From an uncultured bacterium (GTDB lineage Bacteria; Planctomycetota; UBA1135; GCA-002686595): a stretch of 64,000 nucleotides of DNA. Of the stretch, positions 47,735-55,133 are shown piece by piece. The notes under the pieces are model-generated. The model did not search any database. It saw only the letters and a list, made by a program, of their open reading frames with translations, and was not told the origin of the DNA. The position numbers and the translations under genes are program-made. How positions within the stretch are numbered: the stretch's first letter is position 1; every line of letters begins with the position of its first letter. The DNA is taken from NCBI GenBank assembly GCA_943787795.1, contig CALSNU010000003.1, positions 480,001 through 544,000 of the forward strand, written 5' to 3'.

Positions 47735-48283
47735 TCAGCTCCCGGACTCGACCTGGCCCTTCAGGTTCAGGAGCCCCTTGTCGAACATGCTGCAGAGCTC
47801 GGCGTCCATCAGGGGCGTCATGAGGCCAGCCAGGGCGCGCGGCATGAAGTCGTCGACGTCGCCCTCCATGGTCCAGGTGACCGTGGTGGACCCATCGGCC
47901 TCCCCATAGGTCATCGAGCAGACCGCCGGCGCCCGCAGCCCGTCCATGATGAAGGCCATCTCGTACGCGATGCCGCTCTCCGGGTCCGAGCGGGTGAGGG
48001 TCAACTCGCCGTTCCCCTGGTCCGAGGTCCAGGTCTGGCTGGCCCCGGCGCCGACGGTCTGGTCGCCGTAGGTGGTCACGATCGAGGGGTCCTCCTCTTC
48101 CCATGGGGCCCACGCCGGCCACTTCTCCAGGTCGTTGACGTGCACATGGATGGCCGCCGGCGCCGCGTCCATCGTGAGGGAGCGTTCGATCCGGTAGGTC
48201 GTCGGCATGAGCATGCCCGCGATGGCGCCAACGACGACCAGCAGGACCAGGGCGCCGAGCACGAGGGTCAGGACTTTCTTCAT
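47735..48283 (-). CDS. SRPBCC (polyketide cyclase/dehydrase-like) family protein
   Basis: N-terminal TM; IERSLTMDAAP, VNDLEKWPAWAPW, GAGASQTW, TTVTWTMEG, FDKGLLNLK. Confidence 0.88.
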   Translation of the reverse strand: MKKVLTLVLGALVLLVVVGAIAGMLMPTTYRIERSLTMDAAPAAIHVHVNDLEKWPAWAPWEEEDPSIVTTYGDQTVGAGASQTWTSDQGNGELTLTRSDPESGIAYEMAFIMDGLRAPAVCSMTYGEADGSTTVTWTMEGDVDDFMPRALAGLMTPLMDAELCSMFDKGLLNLKGQVESGS

Positions 48284-48513
48284 GGCAATCGTCTCGCTTC
48301 ACTGTCTCGCTGGACCGTCACGGGGGCGTGCGTCCTTCCCTTGGGCCGGGCTCCGTGCCGCCCCCGAAGTCTGAGACCCCGGCCGCTGGCGCGATCTTAC
48401 CCCGTGCCGTCGACGCTGCCGCGGAAGTTGCCCTCAGGCCCCCTGCGCCCGCGCGCGGCCCTCCCCTGCACTCGGTGGTGAGCCCCAGGGAGGGGCGCGC
48501 TCGCCGGCTCGGA

Positions 48514-50088
48514 TCAGCGCGTCAGCGGGACTTCGACGATGCACAGCGAGTGGGGGGGCAGGCGGACCGCTCCGGCCTTGAAGGTCACCTCGGTCACCGC
48601 GGGCGTCACTCGGTCCGGATGCTGGATGTCGTTGTAGGCGTCCGGGGACGCTCCGGTGAGGAGCGTCGCCTGGAAGGTGCCATCGACGAGCCGGTCGCCC
48701 AGCTGGAGCGTGCAGGTGACCTCGTCCGAAGGGTGGCGGTTCATCATGGCCACGGACCAGCTCCGACCGGACTCGTCGACCGTGGCGATGGCGTCGACCA
48801 TGGCGACCGAGGCATCACCCTCGAAGAGTCGGTCCGACTCCACGCGCGCCTTGGCGATCCGGGGGCCGAGCTGGTTCGCGTACATGGCCATGGCGTGGAA
48901 GTGGGTCCTGCGGACGACGCCTTCGGGGTGCACGTACAGGGGGCCCGTCTGGTTCACCAGGCACGCGATGTTCGCCATGGAGACCTGGTCCGCGTGGCGC
49001 AGGCAGGCGTTGAAGAAGGACGCGCAGAACAGGGCGTCCGCCATGGTGTAGAGGGACGGCTCGAGGCTCTTGTCGCGGGCGGCGAGCAGGGCGATGACCT
49101 CGGGGTCGCTGGGGTCGACCTGGCGAGGGTGGTGACCTGAGAAGCCCGGGTGGTGCCATGAGCGCAGGTTCCACTCATCGAAGGCGATGGAGAGCCGCCC
49201 GCGCATCCCCGCCCCCTCGATCGCGTCCACCACGGCGCCCACGTGCGCGTCAGGCTTCTCGGACAGCATCATGCAGGCGAGGTAGTCGGGGGTCTGGTGC
49301 TGCTGGTAGTTGGGGACCCAGTACTCGTGGATCGAGAGGAGGTCGAGGTGCTCCCCGGCGGTCTCGAACAGGTAGGGGTCGATGTGAGCCCTGGGCCCGT
49401 GGGAGCCCGAGCAGGTCACCTGGATGCTCGGGTCCACGCGCTTCATGGCCACGGCGGTGTCCCGGACCTTGTCGATGTAGCCCCGCCCGCCCTTCTCGTT
49501 GCCCACGCTCCAGAAGCGCACGCCGAAGGGTTCGGGGTGCCCGTTCCTGGCCCGCAGCTCGGCGAGCTCGCCCTCCGTGTCATTGCAGTAGCCCACCCAG
49601 TCGGCCATCTCCGGGATGTCGGCGAGGCTGTTCTGGCAGATGTACGGCTCCGCCCCGAGCCGCCGGCAGAGCTCGATGAACTCGTGGGTCCCGAAGGTGT
49701 TGGGTTCCAGCACGCCCCAGCGGTCGTCGCGGTAGGGCTGACGCGCCTCACCGACCCCCTTCTTCCAGTGATAGCTGTCCACGAAGCAGCCGCCCGGCCA
49801 GCGGATGACGGGGACCCTCAGCTCCCTGACCGCCTCGATGACGTCGAGGCGAAAGCCTGCGCTGTCGGCGAGCGGTGAGCCTGGGTCGAAGAAGCCGCCG
49901 TAGATCTGCTTGCCCAGGTGTTCGATGAAGCCCCCGAAGATCATCGGGTCGTAGGGCACGGCGGGACCGTCCACGTCGACGACGATGGAGGCCTGATTCG
50001 AGTCCAGGGGGGGCTCCACGCCTGCGATCGCCCCGGCGCATGCCGGCCCCGTCGGCGCGAGGGCGAGGAGGATCAGGGGAACGCTCAT
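48514..50088 (-). CDS. alpha-L-arabinofuranosidase, glycoside hydrolase family 51
   Basis: FIEHLG, RWPGGCFVD.YHW, NTFGTHEF, acid/base GNE, nucleophile FDEWN, MANIA.LVN, LPPHS. Confidence 0.93.
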   Translation of the reverse strand: MSVPLILLALAPTGPACAGAIAGVEPPLDSNQASIVVDVDGPAVPYDPMIFGGFIEHLGKQIYGGFFDPGSPLADSAGFRLDVIEAVRELRVPVIRWPGGCFVDSYHWKKGVGEARQPYRDDRWGVLEPNTFGTHEFIELCRRLGAEPYICQNSLADIPEMADWVGYCNDTEGELAELRARNGHPEPFGVRFWSVGNEKGGRGYIDKVRDTAVAMKRVDPSIQVTCSGSHGPRAHIDPYLFETAGEHLDLLSIHEYWVPNYQQHQTPDYLACMMLSEKPDAHVGAVVDAIEGAGMRGRLSIAFDEWNLRSWHHPGFSGHHPRQVDPSDPEVIALLAARDKSLEPSLYTMADALFCASFFNACLRHADQVSMANIACLVNQTGPLYVHPEGVVRRTHFHAMAMYANQLGPRIAKARVESDRLFEGDASVAMVDAIATVDESGRSWSVAMMNRHPSDEVTCTLQLGDRLVDGTFQATLLTGASPDAYNDIQHPDRVTPAVTEVTFKAGAVRLPPHSLCIVEVPLTR

Positions 50089-50318
50089 GGGGCCATTTAT
50101 CCGGCAGCGGAGGGGGTGGGACAAGCACCATGTGCCGTGCGGTGTGCGTTCTTCAGGGGGCGCTTGCAGGATCATGGTTTTGGGTGCCATGAGGGCTCGG
50201 GCTGTTCGGGGTGAGCTCGGGAGCGACCTCGGGAGCGAGCTTCAGGGCGACCGTGCGCCGCGGGCGTGCTGGAGTTCGGTCCGGACGAGGCGGGCCGGCT
50301 GCTATTCTCTCCGGCCCC

Positions 50319-53300
50319 ATGACCTCCAGCTCCCATCCGGCTTCCAGCTCCAGCTTCGGAGGTGACCTCTCGCCCGGCGAGCTCCTCGACGGGCGCTACA
50401 AGATCGTGGCGATGGTCGGAGAGGGTGGCATGGGGCAGGTCTACCTCGCGGAGGACCAGGTCCTTGGGCAGCCGATCGCCTTGAAGCTCCTGCCCGCGGC
50501 CATGGCGGAGCGCGCTGGAACCCTCGAGAGCTTCCTCGCGGAGGTGCGGCATTCGCGCGAGGTGTCCCACCCGAACGTGGCCCGGGTCCACGACATCGGG
50601 ACCTTCGAAGGCCGGCACTTCCTCACGATGGAGTTCGTCGATGGGGAGACCCTCGAGCGCTTGATCCGCCGCATCGGCAACCTCCCCAACGAGAAGGCGG
50701 CCCAGATCGCCCTGGAGATCTGCGCTGCGCTCACGGAGGTTCACCGCAAGGGGGTCCTGCATCGCGACCTCAAGCCGGCGAACGTCATGATCGACGGGGA
50801 CGGGCACGTGCGGCTCACGGACTTCGGGCTGGCTGTGCTTGAGGCGCAGGGCTCGGACGCGGCGATGGGTGGAACCCCGGCCTACATGGCGCCCGAGGAT
50901 CTCCGAGGGGCGGCCCCGAGCATCTCGGGTGAGGTCTTCGCCCTTGGGCTCGTCCTCTGTGAGCTGTACTCGGGTGAGAGGGTCATGGGGGGGCGCGCCG
51001 TTGACGAGCTGCGCCGCGAGCACAGCAGCGGGGCGCCGGAGCGATCGGTGGAGGTGCTGCGTGAGCGCGCGCCTCGGGTCGCTTCGATTCTCGCGCGCTG
51101 CCTGGCGCCTGAGCCCAGGGACCGACCCGACCTTGAGGAGGTCCGAAGGACCTTCGCGGCCGAGCGCGACCAGCGCCCTCTCACCGAGGCCCGGCTCGAA
51201 GCCGCTGGCGCCGCGACCAACCTCCCGCGACTCCTCACCGGGCTCGTGGGGCGCTCCTCGGAGCTGGACGAGGTCGAGGGGGCCCTGGCGGGGGGCCCGC
51301 TGGTCACCCTCTCGGGTCCAGGTGGGGCGGGCAAGACGCGATTGGCCCTCGAGGTCGGTCACCGCGCCCTCGCGGGGGCCCCAGGGGGCATCTGGATCGT
51401 TGACCTCTGCGGGCTCGGGGACGGGGCGTCGCTCGCTGAACTGGTCTCGACGGTGATCGGTGCCCAGGGGGCCAGCTCGGGCTCCACGCTCGAGGCCGTG
51501 TGTGCGCACCTGCGGGCGAGCCCCGGACTCCTCATCCTCGACAACTGCGAGCATCTCGTCGACGACTGCGCCGCGCTGGCGGCCGAGGTGCTCGCCGGAG
51601 CACCAGAGGCTCGTATCCTGGCGACCTCTCAGGAGCCCCTGGGGCTGGCGGAGGAGCAGGTGGTCCGCCTGGCGCCGCTCGAGGTCCCTGCCGCGGGGGG
51701 ACGGCCCGGCCTGCAGGAGATCGAAGGGTCGGCGGCCGTGCAGCTGTTCGTCGAGAACGCCCAGCTCGCCAACCCCTCGTTCGTGCTCACGGAGGACAAC
51801 GCGCCATCGGTGGCAGAGATCTGCCGGCGCCTGGATGGGATTCCGCTGGCCATCAAGCTCGCGGCGGCGCGCGCAGGGAAGATCTCGCTGGCGGACATCG
51901 CACAACGGCTCGACCAGCGCTTCAGGCTCCTCACCGGCGGACGGCGCGGGGAGCCCGATCGCCAGCGAACCCTCCGCGGCGCGCTGGACTGGAGCCATGA
52001 GCTCCTCTCGGAGAGCGAGCAGCGCGTGTTCCGCTCCCTGGCCGTGTTCGCGGGGTCGTTCACCCTGGCGGCGGCCGAGGAGGTGGTCTGGAAGGACGAC
52101 GATGACCCGTGGAGCTCGCTGGATGACTTCACGCGCCTCGTGGATCGCTCGCTGGTGCTGGTGCGCCATGACCCCGCCGGCGGCATCCGCTACGTCCTGC
52201 TGGAGTCGATCCGCTCCTACGCCGCCGAACGCCTCGAGGCGAGCGGAGCGCGGGACGAGCTGCGCCGTCGGCACCGGGCCTTCTTCCTCGGGCTCGCGCC
52301 GGGCCTGGTGGAGACCGCGCTGAAGGGCCCCGAGGAGGCGGACCGCCGAGTGCTCCTCGAGGAGATGGACAACCTCCGGCTGGTGCTCGAGGTCCTCGGC
52401 CCCGAGGACCTGGAGACCAGCCTGGCGATGGGCTCGGCGCTCGCCGAGTACTGGTTCAACTCGGGGTTCTGGAGGGAGGGCCGCCGCTACCTGCAGCAGC
52501 TCCTCGGTGAAGATGCCGCGCACCTCGACATGGCGCTCCGCCGGGCCCCCTTGTACTGGGCCGGCAAGCTCGCGCAGGGCCTCGGCAAGATGGACGAGGC
52601 AGAGCAGCGGCTGAGTGAGCTCCTCAGGCTGTCGGTGGAGGGCCAGGACCAGGCGTCGCGCAGGCTGGCGCTCTCTGGGCTCGGGAACCTCGCGGAGTAC
52701 CGGACGGAGTACAGCCGCGCCGAGGACCTCTACCGGGAGAGCTTGGAGCTGTGCCGCGAGGCGGGGGATGAGCGCGGGCTCGCGGCAGCCCTGGGCAATC
52801 TGGGGGTCGTCGCCCAGCGGCGCGGCGACATCTCGACGGCTCGCGCCTCCTTCAAGGAGGCAAGCGAGCACTTCGCCGCGCTGGGCCTTCAAGCCCAGGT
52901 GGGCGCTGGCCTCAACAACCTCTGCGTCCTGTCCATCCTCGAGGGTGACATGGATTCGGCGAGGGATCTGGGGATGCAGAGCCTCGCGATCCGGCAGAAC
53001 CTGGGGGACACCTCCGGCGTCGGCGGATGCCACACGAACCTCGCGGCCATCGAGCTTGAGTGTGGGGCGCTTCCGCAGGCGGCGGAGCATGCAGGCAAGG
53101 CCCTGGGCATCACGCTGGAGCTGGGCGCGATGTACCACGTGGCCGGCGTGCTTGACCTGTGCGGTGAGATCCTGGCCGCCGCCGAGCAGCCGGACGTGTC
53201 GGCGCGGCTCTGGGCCCGGGCGAAGCGTCTCCGTGGTGACCTGGGGACGCCCGTCTCCGAGGGTGAACAAAAGGCCCTTGAGCCGAAGATCGCGAGCGTC

Positions 53301-53411
53301 AAGGAGGCGCTCGGCGCAGAGCGGTTCGAGGCAGAGTGGAAGCTCGGTGACGTCGGCGAGCTGGAGCCCCTCGTCGAGGTCCTACGCGAGCGGCTGGGAT
53401 CGCTGGTGTGA
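50319..53411 (+). CDS. Ser/Thr protein kinase fused to STAND (NB-ARC-like) ATPase and TPR repeats
   Basis: GEGGMG, ALK, HRDLKPAN, DFG, YMAPE; Walker A GPGGAGKT, Walker B LILDNCEH, LDGIPLAI; C-terminal TPRs. Confidence 0.92.
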   Translation: MTSSSHPASSSSFGGDLSPGELLDGRYKIVAMVGEGGMGQVYLAEDQVLGQPIALKLLPAAMAERAGTLESFLAEVRHSREVSHPNVARVHDIGTFEGRHFLTMEFVDGETLERLIRRIGNLPNEKAAQIALEICAALTEVHRKGVLHRDLKPANVMIDGDGHVRLTDFGLAVLEAQGSDAAMGGTPAYMAPEDLRGAAPSISGEVFALGLVLCELYSGERVMGGRAVDELRREHSSGAPERSVEVLRERAPRVASILARCLAPEPRDRPDLEEVRRTFAAERDQRPLTEARLEAAGAATNLPRLLTGLVGRSSELDEVEGALAGGPLVTLSGPGGAGKTRLALEVGHRALAGAPGGIWIVDLCGLGDGASLAELVSTVIGAQGASSGSTLEAVCAHLRASPGLLILDNCEHLVDDCAALAAEVLAGAPEARILATSQEPLGLAEEQVVRLAPLEVPAAGGRPGLQEIEGSAAVQLFVENAQLANPSFVLTEDNAPSVAEICRRLDGIPLAIKLAAARAGKISLADIAQRLDQRFRLLTGGRRGEPDRQRTLRGALDWSHELLSESEQRVFRSLAVFAGSFTLAAAEEVVWKDDDDPWSSLDDFTRLVDRSLVLVRHDPAGGIRYVLLESIRSYAAERLEASGARDELRRRHRAFFLGLAPGLVETALKGPEEADRRVLLEEMDNLRLVLEVLGPEDLETSLAMGSALAEYWFNSGFWREGRRYLQQLLGEDAAHLDMALRRAPLYWAGKLAQGLGKMDEAEQRLSELLRLSVEGQDQASRRLALSGLGNLAEYRTEYSRAEDLYRESLELCREAGDERGLAAALGNLGVVAQRRGDISTARASFKEASEHFAALGLQAQVGAGLNNLCVLSILEGDMDSARDLGMQSLAIRQNLGDTSGVGGCHTNLAAIELECGALPQAAEHAGKALGITLELGAMYHVAGVLDLCGEILAAAEQPDVSARLWARAKRLRGDLGTPVSEGEQKALEPKIASVKEALGAERFEAEWKLGDVGELEPLVEVLRERLGSLV

Positions 53412-53469
53412 GGGGCGGCCGCCCTTGGAGGGGCCGCCGCTGCGGATGACCCCGACGGCCGCCGCCACT

Positions 53470-53518
53470 CCCCGAGCGGGCCCCCGAGTGGGCCCCCGCG
53501 CGGCCCCTCCGAGCGGAC
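53470..53518. repeat. degenerate 12-bp tandem repeat CCCCGAG(C/T)GGGC x about 4 between convergent genes
   Basis: Units at 53470, 53482, 53494 and a degenerate fourth. Confidence 0.6.
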
Positions 53519-53575
53519 CGGGTCCACGCGGCGGCTCCCAGTGGCCCTCATGCTTCCCGGCGCGGTTCAGCCTCG

Positions 53576-53788
53576 TCAGGGGGTCGAGAGTTCCCCTTGG
53601 GCGCGCTTGAACCAAGCGATGGTGCGGTCGAGGTGCTTCGTCCCGTAGAGCTTGGTGAACTCCCGGGTCTTGGGATGGTCGGGGTCGCGCATCTCGGCGA
53701 GGCGGGCGTCGACGAACTCCTGCGTCAACGGGATGCCGCAGCGGACTTCGATGCACTCGCGCCAGGCCTCGTAGGTGGTGAGGTTCAT
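53576..53788 (-). CDS. small conserved hypothetical protein (W-x2-C-I-x3-C-G-I-P-L-T motif)
   Basis: MNLTTYEAWRECIEVRCGIPLTQEF...FTKLYG..HL.RTIAWF; strong codon bias; downstream of DUF1826. Confidence 0.75.
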   Translation of the reverse strand: MNLTTYEAWRECIEVRCGIPLTQEFVDARLAEMRDPDHPKTREFTKLYGTKHLDRTIAWFKRAQGELSTP

Positions 53789-53896
53789 GGGTGGGTCGTG
53801 TGAGTCATTCAAAGGGCCTGTCGGCATGGACGGTCCAGCGGCGACGAGGTGTTGAGGGATGGGGCCTCCGCAACGTACGCGCGGGAGGGCGGAGAC

Positions 53897-54571
53897 TCAC
53901 TCGATCCAGTCGAGGGTGAGCACCACCCGTCGTCCTCCGTTGGGCGGGGGCGATCGGTGGACGACGGCGCGCTCGGACGCGTACGGCCAGGTCGTTCCCT
54001 TGAAGATCGCCAGGTGGCCGCAGTCGGAGCGGCCGAGGCGATCCCAGCTTCGGACGAGGCCGGAGGTGGCATCGTCGGGGCCTCCGGCGTGGCCCAGGCG
54101 CGCGCGGTCGACGTCCCGGTCGTCGAGCCACTCCGTCGGGGCCCCAAGGACATTGAGCACCCCCCGCGCCACGACGCGGTCCACATGGAACCGAGGACAG
54201 TGGGGCCCATCGGCCACCAACTGACGAACTCCGACCGCCTCAGCGCCCAGGAGCTGGGCAAAGACGCTGACGGCCTCTTCCACGTAGGCCACCCACGCGG
54301 CCGCGTCGTCGTCGGCCTCGAGCGCGAGTGGCGCGAGCGCGCCTGTGAGTGGCTCGCCCTCGGGCGTCGCGACCTCGGCGGTCCAGCTTCGGGGCCCGGC
54401 CCGGGCCAGCGCCTCCGCATGTGCGAGCGCCGCCGCGCTGGGCTCGATGGGCGCGGTCACGAGCATCACCTCGGGCTCGTAGAGCCGCGCGAGGTCGGGC
54501 AGCGTGGTCCCGCGAACAACGGGCTCAGCGGTCGGGCCCAGGGTGGAGGAGGGGAGGTCTGAGTACTGCAA
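53897..54571 (-). CDS. DUF1826 domain-containing protein
   Basis: CPRFHVD, TEW, FKG, VHRSP, RVVLTLD; TTG start uncertain. Confidence 0.88.
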   Translation of the reverse strand: MQYSDLPSSTLGPTAEPVVRGTTLPDLARLYEPEVMLVTAPIEPSAAALAHAEALARAGPRSWTAEVATPEGEPLTGALAPLALEADDDAAAWVAYVEEAVSVFAQLLGAEAVGVRQLVADGPHCPRFHVDRVVARGVLNVLGAPTEWLDDRDVDRARLGHAGGPDDATSGLVRSWDRLGRSDCGHLAIFKGTTWPYASERAVVHRSPPPNGGRRVVLTLDWIE

Positions 54572-54786
54572 GTCCTGGCGCGGCCAAGGAGTTCAGGCTC
54601 CGCGGCTATGCGGGCAATGCCGCCGGGCCCCATGGGGTTCCGAGCGTGTGGTGATTTTCGCACCACCAGCCCGGCCGCGCCCTGGCCCCGACGCGAACCC
54701 AACCCAGAGCGGGCGAACCGACCGTCAAGGGACTCATCCCAGGACCCCGCGCCCCTCCCCGCCGGCGCCAGCCCAGCCCACGGGCC

Positions 54787-55068
54787 TCACTGGAACGTCA
54801 CTGCCACCGCGTCCGTGAAGCTCGAGGCGGTCTGCCCGCCGACCGCGTCCCGGTACCAGAGCTGGAAGTTCCAGGCCTCGCCCGGCTGAACCGACACCAG
54901 CCCCGTGGGGGTCGACTGGGCGTTGAGGTTGAGGTCGAGGTAGGTCACGCCCGTGGCGCCCGATGTCTGGATTTGTCCCGGGCCGACGAATCGTCCCACG
55001 CTCCCCTGCAGGCAGGGGGCGCCCTGGCTGTTGCTGACGATCGGGACTTAGCCCTGGGTCTGGGAGGT
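54787..55068 (-). pseudogene. remnant of the conserved C-terminal domain of a secreted protein
   Basis: TSQTQG*VPIVSNSQGAPCLQGSVGRFVGPGQIQ...VQPGEAWNFQLWYRD...FTDAVAVTFQ; in-frame TAA at 55048-55050; no N-terminal part. Confidence 0.7.
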
Positions 55069-55133
55069 GGAGCCTTCGCGTTAGGAGTCCGGACGGGTGG
55101 GAAGTGGCCGTTGGCTCACCTGGCGCCGGGGGC

